From: Armatimonadota bacterium
GTDB taxonomy: Bacteria > Armatimonadota > UBA10988
Assembly (NCBI GenBank): GCA_016235455.1
Contig: JACRKZ010000031.1
Span: forward strand, 1-64,000
Length of the DNA: 64,000 nt
Direction: 5' to 3'
The number at the start of each line of letters is the position of its first letter. Within the stretch, counting starts at the first letter, position 1. Below, piece by piece: positions 1 to 9,382 of this stretch. The position numbers and the translations under genes are program-made. A model generated the notes under the pieces. The model had not been told where the DNA came from and did no database searches. It saw nothing but the letters and a program-made list of their open reading frames with translations.

Positions 1-1524
1 GGCCAGGTAGTCCCATTTGAGGACAGTGGTGCCGTCGAGCAGCTCGCCCAACAGGTCGCCATCCCACCAGATGCCCATGTTGGTGCTGGCGGGCCGGGCC
101 TCGCTGATCTTGGCGCCCCGGCAGTCGTACAGCCCGCCCGGTCCACCGCCGGCCCAGCATTCGTAGCCCCGACGGCGCGGGTCGATGTCGGCGGTCATGC
201 CGCGGCCGGTGTCGCGCGTGGTGGGCAGGCCCCAGAGCAGCCGGCCCGTAGCCGGATCGCGCATCTCCCAGCCGGCCGGACAGGGCTTCTCCTCGTGGAT
301 GTCGAACAGCTCCAGACCCGGCCGGTCGGGGTCGAAGTCGCCCAGGTGGATGGCGTCGCCATGGCCCAGACCGGTGCTGTACAGCCCGCGGCCGTCGTCG
401 TCGATAGCGCAGGCGCCGTAGATGATCTCGTCGCGGCCATCGCCGTCCACATCGCCCACGGCCAGGTTGTGGTTGCCCTGGCCGGCGTACTTGGCGTTGC
501 CCGGATCGGCCGAGGAGAAGGCCCAGCGCCGCGCGAGCGCTGCGCCGCGCAAGTCCCAGGCTTCGAGCTTGGTCAGCGCATAGTAGCCGCGGCAGGCGAT
601 CAGGCTGGGATGCACGCCATCGAGGTAGGCCACGGCCATGAGGAAGCGGTCGACGCGGTTGCCGTAGCCGTCGCCCCAGTCGGTCACCTTGCCGCGGGCA
701 ATGTAGGGCACACGCGCGCGCTCGGCGCCGGTCTGGCCCTCAAAGACCGACAGGAACTCGGGACCTTCGAGGATGTAGCCGGTCTTGGGGTTCACATAGT
801 CGGTGCGGCCGTCGCCGTCGGTATCGCCGATGACGTCGCCGACGCCATCCTTCGTCCCCTCGGCGGTGCGCACGGCCACCTCGGCGCGGCCGTCGCCATC
901 CAGGTCGAAGACGATGAACGGTGTGTAGTGAGCGCCCTCGCGGATGTTGTGGCCGAGGTCCACCTGCCACAGGAACGTGCCGTCGAGCCGGTAGGCCTGG
1001 AGGATGCTGGTGCCTGGGCAGACGCCCGCCTGGGAGTTGTCGAAGCCGCGCTGCTCCTGCTTGACCACGATCTCCAGCACGCCGTCACCATCCAGGTCGC
1101 CGACGGCGGCGTCGCCGGGGGTGTGGTCGGGTGGGGTTTGGAGCGGAATGGGCAGGTAGCCCAGCGCTTTGCCGGCGGGCACACGCCAGTAGGCTCGCTT
1201 GCTCAGGGTCTCGCCCTCGGCGACGACGTAGTAGCCGTGCGCCGTGGTGCTGGGCGCGCCCTCATCGACGCACGACGTGGCGCTGTTGCCGTTGATGTGC
1301 GCCACGCAGCGCGCGGGGTAGGCGCTGCCGATCCGGCAGTCGCACCAGACGTCGAACGCCGTACCCGCCGACTCGCCCGGCAGCAGCCGCCAACTGACCA
1401 GCACGCGCTGCTCATCGAGCCGCTGGGCGAACACGCCGCGGCCGAGTCGCTCGGCGGGCTGACGAGTCGCGGCGCTCGCGACCGACGCCAGGCAGAGGAG
1501 CACCACAAACGTTGCACGCGACAA
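1..1524 (-). CDS. Rhamnogalacturonan lyase, PL11 (YesW/YesX-like), secreted; runs off the left edge
   Basis: Not in the ORF track because it is truncated. Manual minus-strand translation from TTG at 1524 (GGAG RBS) gives a signal peptide, then ERLGRG..VSWRLL, GDLDGDG, NIREGAHYTPFIVFDLDGDGRAEV, WGDGYGNRVDRF, GQGNHNL and GHGDAIH, which are PL11 hallmarks. Confidence 0.92.
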   Translation of the reverse strand, partial: MSRATFVVLLCLASVASAATRQPAERLGRGVFAQRLDEQRVLVSWRLLPGESAGTAFDVWCDCRIGSAYPARCVAHINGNSATSCVDEGAPSTTAHGYYVVAEGETLSKRAYWRVPAGKALGYLPIPLQTPPDHTPGDAAVGDLDGDGVLEIVVKQEQRGFDNSQAGVCPGTSILQAYRLDGTFLWQVDLGHNIREGAHYTPFIVFDLDGDGRAEVAVRTAEGTKDGVGDVIGDTDGDGRTDYVNPKTGYILEGPEFLSVFEGQTGAERARVPYIARGKVTDWGDGYGNRVDRFLMAVAYLDGVHPSLIACRGYYALTKLEAWDLRGAALARRWAFSSADPGNAKYAGQGNHNLAVGDVDGDGRDEIIYGACAIDDDGRGLYSTGLGHGDAIHLGDFDPDRPGLELFDIHEEKPCPAGWEMRDPATGRLLWGLPTTRDTGRGMTADIDPRRRGYECWAGGGPGGLYDCRGAKISEARPASTNMGIWWDGDLLGELLDGTTVLKWDYLA

Positions 1525-1684
1525 GGCAGAACTCCGTGCCTCCAGTGTAGCGCAAGCGTTAGGCCCGGTTCATTGCTCAATAGGGGTCCCTCGGTTATCC
1601 TTTGGGCCAGTCGCGAGGCTTCATACGGGCCCCAGATGGCCCGTGGCACGAGCCGTTGGTGCCGCCCGCGGCGTGGAGGATACG

Positions 1685-2842
1685 ATGGGAAGCCAGTTCC
1701 TTGACGCGCAAGAGGACATGCTGCTGCTGATTCCCGGCCCGACGCCTGTGCCGGGTCGAGTGCTGCGCGCCGGCTCGCGGCCGATGATGAACCACCGCTG
1801 TCCGGCCTTCCATGAGCTGCTCCAGTCGTGTACCTCGAGTCTCAAGGACTGTTTTGCCACCAGTAGCGAGCCGCTGACCCTGACTGCGTCGGGCACGGGC
1901 GGGCTGGAAGCGGCCATTGTCAACACGCTGTCGCCCGGCGACCGGGTGCTGGCCGTCGTCACCGGCGCCTTTGGCCAGCGTTTCGCCGAGATCGCCGAGA
2001 CCTACGGCGCTCTGGTCGACCGCATCGAGGTGACCTGGGGCCAGGCGGCCGACCCCGCCGTGGTCGAGGCCAAGTTGGCGGGTGGCGGCTACAAGGCGCT
2101 ACTCTGCACGCTCAACGAGACTTCCACCGGCGTCGTCAACCCCGTCCAGGCCATGGCCGCCGCAGCCAAGGCTGCGGGCGCGCTGGTGCTGGTCGATGCC
2201 ATTTCCGGTCTGCTGGCCACGCCCTGCGAGACCGACGCCTGGGGCCTCGACGTGGTCGTCGCCGGCTCGCAGAAGGCGTTCATGATCCCACCGGGCCTGA
2301 CCTTCGTGACCATGAGCGAAGCCGCCTGGGAAGCTTCGAAGACGGCCAAGATGCCGCGCTTCTACTTCGACCTGCCCATCGCCCGCAAGACGCTGGCCAA
2401 GGGTGAGAATCCCTGGACGCCGGCGGTCAGCCTGCTCTATGGCCTGCGCGAGTCGCTGGACATGATCGCCGAGGAAGGCCTGCCCAACGTCTTCGCGCGG
2501 CACCTGCGGCTGCGCAACGGCGTGCGCGCCGGCGCGGCAGTGCTCGGCTTCGAGGCGCTGGCGTCGGACGACGTGGCCTCGCCGGCGGTGACCTCGTTCC
2601 TGCCGCCGGGCGGCATCGAGGGCGACGCCTTCCGCAAGGTGCTGCGCGGGCACTATGGGCTGGAGCTGGCCGGTGGCCAGGGCCCGCTCAAGGGCAAGAT
2701 CGTGCGCTTTGGCCACCTCGGGTACGTGCATGAGGCGGAAGTGCTCAAGGGCATCAGCCTGATGGCCGCGGCGCTGGCCGAGCTGGGCCAGGCCGTGGAT
2801 CCCGCCGCCGCCGTGGCAGCCGCCAGAAAGGCGATGGCCTGA
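1685..2842 (+). CDS. Class V PLP aminotransferase (serine-pyruvate/alanine-glyoxylate family; probable SerC-type role)
   Basis: LLIPGPTPVP, NETSTGV, VDAIS and GSQKAFMIPPGL (PLP lysine); GGAGGA RBS before ATG 1685; stop overlaps the serA start (TGATG). Confidence 0.9.
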   Translation: MGSQFLDAQEDMLLLIPGPTPVPGRVLRAGSRPMMNHRCPAFHELLQSCTSSLKDCFATSSEPLTLTASGTGGLEAAIVNTLSPGDRVLAVVTGAFGQRFAEIAETYGALVDRIEVTWGQAADPAVVEAKLAGGGYKALLCTLNETSTGVVNPVQAMAAAAKAAGALVLVDAISGLLATPCETDAWGLDVVVAGSQKAFMIPPGLTFVTMSEAAWEASKTAKMPRFYFDLPIARKTLAKGENPWTPAVSLLYGLRESLDMIAEEGLPNVFARHLRLRNGVRAGAAVLGFEALASDDVASPAVTSFLPPGGIEGDAFRKVLRGHYGLELAGGQGPLKGKIVRFGHLGYVHEAEVLKGISLMAAALAELGQAVDPAAAVAAARKAMA

Positions 2843-4497
2843 TGAAAGTCCTGGTAACCGAGGCCATCGGTGAACGTGGCATCGAGATTCTGTCCCAAGC
2901 CGGTCAGGTCGACGTCAAGCTGGGCCTCAACGGCCCGGCCCTGGCCGAAGCCATCGCCGAGTACAGCGTGCTGGTGGTGCGTAGCGCCACCCAGGTCACC
3001 GCGGACATCATCGCCTGCGCCGACAATCTGAAGATCGTCGGCCGCTGCGGTGTGGGTGTGGACAACATCGATGTGGAAGCCGCCACCAAGCGCGGCATCC
3101 TGGTGGTCAACTCGCCGGCCGGCAACACCCTGGCCGCCGCCGAGCACACCATCTCGCTGATGTTCAGCCTGGCTCGCCACATCCCCGACGCCGTGGCGTC
3201 GATGCGCGCGGGCAAGTGGGACCGCAAGACCTATGTCGGCACCGAACTGCACGACAAGGTGTTGGGCGTGGTCGGCTTCGGCAAGATCGGCGTGGAAGTA
3301 GCGCGCCGTGCGCTGGGCCTGGACATGAAGGTCCTGGCGTTCGACCCGCAGATGAACACGCAGCGTGCGCAGGGCGTGGGAGTCGAGGTGGTCACCGACC
3401 TGGACGACCTGCTGCGGCAGGTCGACTACGTGACCTTCCACCTGCCGCTCAACAAGTTCACCAAGGGCCTGCTCTCGGGCGAGCGCATCGAGTTGATGAA
3501 GCCTTCGGCGTATGTCATCAACTGCGCGCGCGGCGGCATCGTCGACGAGGCGGCGCTGGCTGAGGCGTTGGGGCGCGGCCGGCTGGCCGGCGCGGCCATC
3601 GACGTCTGGGAGCATGAGCCGCCGTTCGACAAGAACCCGCGCTCGCCGCTGATGGATGCGCCGCGCGTCATCCCCACGCCGCACCTGGGCGCGAGTACCG
3701 CCGAGGCGCAGGAGAACGTGGCCACCGACGTGGCGCAGCAGGTGCAGACCGCCTTGCGCGGCGAGCCGGTGCATGGCGCGGTGAACCTGCCGCAGCTCGA
3801 GGCCGAAGAGCATCGCCGGCTGAAGCCCTACATGGCGCTGGCCGAGCAGTTGGGCCGGTTCCTGGCGCAGCTCTCCGAGGGCGACAAGATCATCGGCATC
3901 GAGATGACCTACCTGGGCCGGCTGCAGCACGAGCCGACGGCGCCGCTGTCGCGCGCGGTGTTGCGCGGCCTGCTCGACACCTTCATCGACGACCGCACCA
4001 TCAACTACGTCAATGTGCCGTCGGTGGTGGCCGAGCAGGGCATCCAGGTGGCCGAGGTGCGCTCGGCGGAAGTCACCACCTACCCGGCGGTGCTGCGTGT
4101 GGCGTTGACCACCAGCCAGTACAAGCACATCGCCGAAGGTGCCTGCTTCGGCGCCGACCCGCGGGTGGTCAGCCTCGACGGCTACAACTTCAACATCATG
4201 CCGTACGGCCACCTGCTGGTCTGGTGGAACCACGACCATCCGGGCGTCATCGGCAAGGTGGGCACGCTGTTGGGCGATCATCAGGTCAACATCGCCGGCA
4301 TGCAGCTCGGTCGCGACAACTGGGGCGGCAACGCCGTCAGCATCGTGTCCATCGATGGCGCGGTGAGCGACGAACTGCTGGCCGCGATCATGGCCATCCC
4401 GGGCATGGTCGATGTACGGCGCGTCGACTTCGGCAACGGCGACCACCTGGCCATGCCGGTGCCCATGGTGCCGGTCGGGCCGACCGCCGGCGAATGA
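2842..4497 (+). CDS. serA: D-3-phosphoglycerate dehydrogenase
   Basis: VRSATQV, GRCGVGVDNID, GFGKIG, INCARGGIVDE, TPHLGASTAEAQ and a C-terminal ACT domain (DHPGVIGKVGTLLGDHQVNIAGM). Confidence 0.96.
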   Translation: MKVLVTEAIGERGIEILSQAGQVDVKLGLNGPALAEAIAEYSVLVVRSATQVTADIIACADNLKIVGRCGVGVDNIDVEAATKRGILVVNSPAGNTLAAAEHTISLMFSLARHIPDAVASMRAGKWDRKTYVGTELHDKVLGVVGFGKIGVEVARRALGLDMKVLAFDPQMNTQRAQGVGVEVVTDLDDLLRQVDYVTFHLPLNKFTKGLLSGERIELMKPSAYVINCARGGIVDEAALAEALGRGRLAGAAIDVWEHEPPFDKNPRSPLMDAPRVIPTPHLGASTAEAQENVATDVAQQVQTALRGEPVHGAVNLPQLEAEEHRRLKPYMALAEQLGRFLAQLSEGDKIIGIEMTYLGRLQHEPTAPLSRAVLRGLLDTFIDDRTINYVNVPSVVAEQGIQVAEVRSAEVTTYPAVLRVALTTSQYKHIAEGACFGADPRVVSLDGYNFNIMPYGHLLVWWNHDHPGVIGKVGTLLGDHQVNIAGMQLGRDNWGGNAVSIVSIDGAVSDELLAAIMAIPGMVDVRRVDFGNGDHLAMPVPMVPVGPTAGE

Positions 4498-4513
4498 CCC
4501 AAAGGCGGGCCCC

Positions 4514-5269
4514 GTGCGCATTCTGGTGACCAACGACGATGGCATCGAAGCGCCGGGCCTGCGGGCCTTGGTGGCGGCGCTGCGCGACATCGGGCAAGTG
4601 ACCGTGGTCGCTCCCGATCGTGAGCGCAGCGCCGTCAGCCATGCCATCACCATGGCCGACCCACTGCGCGCGGTGCCCTGTGATGTCGATGGCCTGCCCG
4701 GCTGGGCGGTCAGCGGCATGCCGGCCGACTGCGTGCTGCTGGGTGTGCGCGAGCTGATGGACGAGCCGCCCGACCTGGTGGCCTCGGGCATCAACCGCGG
4801 CGCCAACCTGGGCGAAGACGTGTGGTATTCGGGCACGGTCTCGGCGGCCATGGAGGGCGCCATCCTCGGCGTGCCGTCGGTGGCCTTCAGCGTGGCCAAC
4901 ATGACCGGCGCGCCCGAGTTCGACTACCGCGCCGCGGCGGCCTGGGCGGCGCGCCTGGTGCCCTTGGCGGCGGCACACCTGCCGGCCGAGGTCATCCTCA
5001 ACGTCAACGTGCCCAACCTGCCGCCCGAGCAGGTCACCGCCTGCGAGCTGTGCCGCCAGGGCCGACGGCGCTATCAGACCACGTTCGACAAGCGGCTCGA
5101 CCCGCGGGGCGGCATCTACTACTGGCTGGGCGCCGAACTGCCGCTCGACCCACGCGATCCCGGCACCGACGTGACCGCGGTACGCGAGGGCAAGGTGGGC
5201 ATCGTGCCCGTCAGCCTCGACCTCACCTCCCAGCCGTCGCTGGACAGCTTCGCGAACTGGCTGGGCTGA
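4514..5269 (+). CDS. surE: 5'/3'-nucleotidase SurE
   Basis: RILVTNDDGIEAPG, SGINRGANLGEDVWYSGTVSAA; start moved to GTG 4514. Confidence 0.95.
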   Translation: MRILVTNDDGIEAPGLRALVAALRDIGQVTVVAPDRERSAVSHAITMADPLRAVPCDVDGLPGWAVSGMPADCVLLGVRELMDEPPDLVASGINRGANLGEDVWYSGTVSAAMEGAILGVPSVAFSVANMTGAPEFDYRAAAAWAARLVPLAAAHLPAEVILNVNVPNLPPEQVTACELCRQGRRRYQTTFDKRLDPRGGIYYWLGAELPLDPRDPGTDVTAVREGKVGIVPVSLDLTSQPSLDSFANWLG

Positions 5270-5272
5270 GCC

Positions 5273-7051
5273 TCACCGCAGCGTGACGTCCACGCAGTCG
5301 TCGGTCCACACCGGGCCCGAATGCCCGGCTGCCGGCGCTTGCAGCATGACCGCGCGCTCGTTGGCCTCGAACCGGTTGTCGGTGATGGTCACTCCAGCGC
5401 AGCCTCGGAGCCAGATGGCCGGTCCCCCTGAGCCGCGGAAGGTGTTGCCGGTGATGGCCACGTCGTGCGGCAGCGGTACCTCCAGCTGGCCGAAGGTCGC
5501 CAGCCAGCAGGCGATGGCCGCGCCGCCGGGCTGCGGATTGGCATCCACGAAGCTGTTGCCGGCAATGGTGATGTGGTGCGGCACGCCACCTTCCACATAC
5601 GGGAACACCGAGTTGAGCTCCACGGCGCTGCCGATGCGGGCGAAGCGGAAGTCGCGGATCTCGCCGGGCCCCGACTGGATCATCACCCGCTGGTAGCAGT
5701 CGGCGAAGTCGCAGCGGCGGAGCGACCAGCCGGCGCTCTCGTGGTCGGGCCATTCCACCAGCGCCTCGGCCCAGCCGGCCACCGGCTGGTCGACGGTGAT
5801 CGTGTCGCCATCAAGCGCCGTGATGACGGCCTGTCCCAGTCGTCGACCGGTGCGCTTGTGCCAGAACAGCAGGCGGTCGCCCGCCACGGCGCCCGGCGCC
5901 AGCGTGCGGCGGGTTTCGCTGTTGGGGCTGAGCGTCAGCTGCGGGCCATCGGTCGACTTCACCAGGTGTGTATAGCCATGGAAGTTGGCGATGTCGTCGG
6001 TGGTGTGGCGGACGACCATGCCGTCCCAGGTGGTCCCGGCGCGCGTGCCGTTGAGCAGGAACCCGTCACCGCCTTGCCACTGGTTGGTGCCCGGCGGCGG
6101 ACCGAAGTAGCAGTCTTTCCAGAGGTGGCCGCCGTCGCCATGGTCCTCGATGCCGGCGCCCTTGGTGACGTGCACGCGCACGCCGTCCATGGTCAGGTTG
6201 GCGCTATCGATGAGCGACAGCGCCACCGATACCGTGTACAGACACGACAGGCCATCGCCCACGCCGGGCAGCGCCTCGCCATAGACAGCTTGCCAGCGCG
6301 GGTCGGCGAGGGTGGTGAGCAGCGTCCTGTCGAGCATGGTCACCCAAGCGTGACCGGGCCGGTCGCTGGGCACGATGTCGCGATACTTGAGGTGCATACC
6401 GCCGGCCTGCAGCGCGTAGAGCGGCGCGCAGAACCGGCCATCCGACTTGAACGGCACGAGTCGCTGTTCCATGCCGCCCGAGAACTTCGTCGGCAGCGCG
6501 CAGCCCGCGGCCAGCCGAATCTCGATGCGGTTGGCCGCCGGATCGAGCCGGGTGATGCGGCCCTCGATGTTGCCGCGCGTGGCGCGCGCCAACGTGGCGC
6601 CGCGCAGCGTCACGTTGGCGCAATCGCGGAAGGCGAGGCAGAAGTGCGCGGTCGGCGCCTGCTCATCGCCCAGTTCGAACCAGAACGTAGCGCCGGTGGC
6701 ATCGATGACCAGCGGCCGCGCCGCATTACGCCGCAGGCCCGCGAACTCGAGCGGGTAGATGGGACCGTGCGGTCCCCAAGTCTCCTGGCCGAAGCGGTAG
6801 TCGCCGGGCGGAATGCGCACCGACGCGACGTCCGAGCGGTAGGCCGCGGCGACCAACGGGACGACGGTGGCGGCTGCCTGGCGCTGGGCGCGCTGCTGGT
6901 CGGCCGAGAAGACCGACCCGGCCGGGTCATCGAGGCTGTACGGTCCCGGCAGTGGCGGTCGGGCGGGCTGGGCCAGTAGTGCCTGCTGATGCGGGCTCAG
7001 GCCGGCCGCGGCGCCGGCCAGGCCGAGGAGTAGGGTGAAGGTGGCGATCAT
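5273..7051 (-). CDS. Secreted right-handed beta-helix glycoside hydrolase, GH110 (alpha-1,3-galactosidase)-like
   Basis: Signal peptide MIATFTLLLGLAGAAA after an AGGAG RBS; PbH1-type repeats (ITIAGNSF, AITGNTF, TITDNRF); DG..(H)TTDDIANFHG resembles the GH110 DD.INVHG motif. Confidence 0.55.
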   Translation of the reverse strand: MIATFTLLLGLAGAAAGLSPHQQALLAQPARPPLPGPYSLDDPAGSVFSADQQRAQRQAAATVVPLVAAAYRSDVASVRIPPGDYRFGQETWGPHGPIYPLEFAGLRRNAARPLVIDATGATFWFELGDEQAPTAHFCLAFRDCANVTLRGATLARATRGNIEGRITRLDPAANRIEIRLAAGCALPTKFSGGMEQRLVPFKSDGRFCAPLYALQAGGMHLKYRDIVPSDRPGHAWVTMLDRTLLTTLADPRWQAVYGEALPGVGDGLSCLYTVSVALSLIDSANLTMDGVRVHVTKGAGIEDHGDGGHLWKDCYFGPPPGTNQWQGGDGFLLNGTRAGTTWDGMVVRHTTDDIANFHGYTHLVKSTDGPQLTLSPNSETRRTLAPGAVAGDRLLFWHKRTGRRLGQAVITALDGDTITVDQPVAGWAEALVEWPDHESAGWSLRRCDFADCYQRVMIQSGPGEIRDFRFARIGSAVELNSVFPYVEGGVPHHITIAGNSFVDANPQPGGAAIACWLATFGQLEVPLPHDVAITGNTFRGSGGPAIWLRGCAGVTITDNRFEANERAVMLQAPAAGHSGPVWTDDCVDVTLR

Positions 7052-7068
7052 GGCTGGTCTCCTCGGCT

Positions 7069-7109
7069 CAAAGCAAAGGCCGGGGCCACCTGGGCGGTGG
7101 TCCCGGCCT
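7069..7109 (-). terminator. Intrinsic terminator downstream of 7152-7937
   Basis: Stem AGGCCGGGGCCACC (7077-7090) / GGTGGTCCCGGCCT (7096-7109), followed on the minus strand by TTGCTTTG. Confidence 0.65.
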
Positions 7110-7151
7110 GAGAGTTGGTCGAGGAACCCGAAAGTCCTCGGCGAGTTCCGA

Positions 7152-7937
7152 TCAGCCGCGGTTGCCGCGCGCTCCGCCACCAGCACCGGCGCCACCGGCG
7201 GGCCGCGCCATCGGCGGCATCTTGACCACGGCGTCCGCCACCTTGGCGTCGCCTTGAGCGCCTTCGGGCTCGGTCACGGCGACAGTGTTGTCCTTGGTGA
7301 TCTCGTCGCGCTTGATCGCGGCGGCGGTCAACACGACCGCCTTGTCGGGCAGCGTGACGACGACTTCCTTGTCAGCGGTCTTGATGGTCAGCGTGCCGCC
7401 GCCCACCGCGGTGATCTGGCCGCGCAGGAAGTTGGGGCGCGGGCGGTTGCCGCCGCCACCACCGGCCTGCTGCGGGACACCGATCTGGGCCTGGCCGGCC
7501 ACGCCGGGGGCGTTGGCCATCATGGCGCGCATCATGAGCTGCATGGCGGCGGCGCGCAACACACGGCCGGCGTCCGCCTGGTCGCCGACGGTCGTGTAGA
7601 CGGCGACACCGGTAGCGGTCGGCTTGTCGTTGTTGTCAGCGGCCACCACGGCCCACTGCTGCGTCTTGATATCCGCGGCCTGGCCGACCTTGATCTCGGC
7701 GTACAGGGTCTTGTCGTTGGTCGTGAACTTCACGGGCGCCGGGGGCTGCTGATTGCCACCGGGCCGGCCCATGCGGCGCGGTTGCACGGTCAGCGCGTCG
7801 GTGGCCACCTCGGTCACCGTGCCGCTGGTCGCCATGCGGCGCTGGCCCTGGCCGCCGCCGCCACCGCCCTGCGCGTAGGCGGCCAAGGGCAGGCTCATGA
7901 CGCCCGCCAACGCAAACAGCATAGATCGTCGCTTCAT
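7152..7937 (-). CDS. Secreted protein with two DUF5666-like small beta-barrel repeats
   Basis: Signal peptide ending AYA; repeats SGTVTEVATDALTV and RGQITAVGGGTLTIKTADKEVVVTL; Gly-rich linkers; paralog of 9383-10090. Confidence 0.65.
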   Translation of the reverse strand: MKRRSMLFALAGVMSLPLAAYAQGGGGGGQGQRRMATSGTVTEVATDALTVQPRRMGRPGGNQQPPAPVKFTTNDKTLYAEIKVGQAADIKTQQWAVVAADNNDKPTATGVAVYTTVGDQADAGRVLRAAAMQLMMRAMMANAPGVAGQAQIGVPQQAGGGGGNRPRPNFLRGQITAVGGGTLTIKTADKEVVVTLPDKAVVLTAAAIKRDEITKDNTVAVTEPEGAQGDAKVADAVVKMPPMARPAGGAGAGGGARGNRG

Positions 7938-7969
7938 GTACTGTCTCCCACCAGTTGTATGGCCGCATA

Positions 7970-7995
7970 GACGCTGGCCCCGTCGGCAGGGTTCA
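7970..7995 (-). promoter_or_regulatory. Putative ECF sigma promoter (TGAACC-N16-CGTC)
   Basis: Minus strand reads TGAACCctgccgacggggccagCGTC about 30 nt upstream of the start; the same motif precedes the paralog. Confidence 0.55.
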
Positions 7996-8102
7996 ATGGG
8001 GCGCGGGGCTGGTGTTTACAGCTGGGAAACAGGCTTGCGACTGGCGACTGCGGGGCGCGGATGGTACGGTAGGAGTCGGTTGGGTAAGGGAGTGCGGCTG
8101 CG

Positions 8103-9335
8103 ATGGGCATATGGGGGATTGGCCGGCCGGCGCCGCTGCTGGCGCGCGTGGCCTTTGTGGTCGAGGCGCCGACGGTCGACGCGCGTCTGCTCGCGGGCTT
8201 TGGCAACGACCGCAAGGTTCTGCCCAGTGCTCTCTACGATGCGCTGCTGCGAGTCGAGGAGCTGGCCACGACGTGCGCCACGCGCGCCACGGGTGAGCGC
8301 CGCGCCAAGCGGGCCTTGGCACGCGAGGTCGTGAAGCTGCAGTTGCACTCGCGCGACTTCACCCCGGAACACACACGGCAGCTCGACGCCGCGCAGGCCA
8401 GCTACGCGGTGATGGCGACCGGCGCGCCGGGCGACGCGCGTCTGCTGATCGCCGCGCGCGAGTTGGTCTGGCGAGTGGCCGAGCAAACAGGCGGGCTCGT
8501 CGTCGACGGTCCGGCGGCCACGGTCTGGCTGCCGCCGCCGGGCGGCTGGCTGGCCGGGCTCGAGCTGTCGGTCACCGAGGAGATCAACAGCCAGGTGACT
8601 TATCGGGCGGCGTCGCGCGCGGGCGTGTGGATGCGAAGCCTGGGCCTGTGCAAATACGGCCAGCCGGAGGTCCAGATCACGGTGCCCACCGACCGCTTGA
8701 TGGCCGTGGCGGGGATGCTGATCGAGTCCGTCGCCGCGAGGCTGGTGCGTGTGGGCGGCACGGTGGCGGTCGGTGACACGCTCTCGCTCCCTTACTGGGG
8801 CGAGGTGACGCTGACCGCGAGTCGCGACCGGCACTACGGCGGGCCGTGCTACGGGGTCATGGTCGCGGGCGACGACAGCCGCGGGCTGACCCGCACGGTC
8901 GAGCGGCTGGTCGCCGCCAACGCCGAACTCTACCACGCGCGAAGCGTCGCGCTTGACCCAGAGCTCCAGGCCGAGGCGATCCGCCAGGCCCAGGCGACGC
9001 TGGACGACATGATCGCTCGCTACCCCGACGCCGAGGCCGCCGAACTGCAGGGGGTGCGGCTGCGGCTCATGGCGGGATTCCCGTTGGAGGCGCCTTGCGA
9101 GTACCTGGAGGTGCGCGTGCTGGCCTGGGGCGACCCCGTGGTGGCCTTGGTGGATTGCCAGCCGATGCACGCGCCAGGGGTCATCTTCGGCCAAGTGGTC
9201 GGCCTGCCCCGCGCCTGCCTCATCGACTGGAAAGTCGGGTTGCCCGACGGCACCATCGAGGGCAACTTCGTCGGCGCGTTGCTGGAGCGCGCCGACGAAG
9301 TTGCCCCTGCCACGGGTCCGGAGACCGCCCGGTAG
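8103..9335 (+). CDS. Hypothetical protein with C-terminal DUF2314 (YegJ)-like domain
   Basis: WMRSLGLCKYGQPEV motif; C-terminal AIRQAQATL..EYLEV..IDWKV..GTIEGNF; GGAG RBS. Confidence 0.6.
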   Translation: MGIWGIGRPAPLLARVAFVVEAPTVDARLLAGFGNDRKVLPSALYDALLRVEELATTCATRATGERRAKRALAREVVKLQLHSRDFTPEHTRQLDAAQASYAVMATGAPGDARLLIAARELVWRVAEQTGGLVVDGPAATVWLPPPGGWLAGLELSVTEEINSQVTYRAASRAGVWMRSLGLCKYGQPEVQITVPTDRLMAVAGMLIESVAARLVRVGGTVAVGDTLSLPYWGEVTLTASRDRHYGGPCYGVMVAGDDSRGLTRTVERLVAANAELYHARSVALDPELQAEAIRQAQATLDDMIARYPDAEAAELQGVRLRLMAGFPLEAPCEYLEVRVLAWGDPVVALVDCQPMHAPGVIFGQVVGLPRACLIDWKVGLPDGTIEGNFVGALLERADEVAPATGPETAR

Positions 9336-9382
9336 GCGCCATGCCAGGCCCGGCGGCCGCGGCGCCCGTTGGGCCTGGTCGG

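Noticed and set aside
295-1704. 469-aa plus-strand ORF
   Set aside because: Antisense shadow of the PL11 lyase, which has clear motifs on the minus strand.
2653-4902. 749-aa minus-strand ORF
   Set aside because: Antisense to serA/surE; long shadow ORFs are expected at this GC content.
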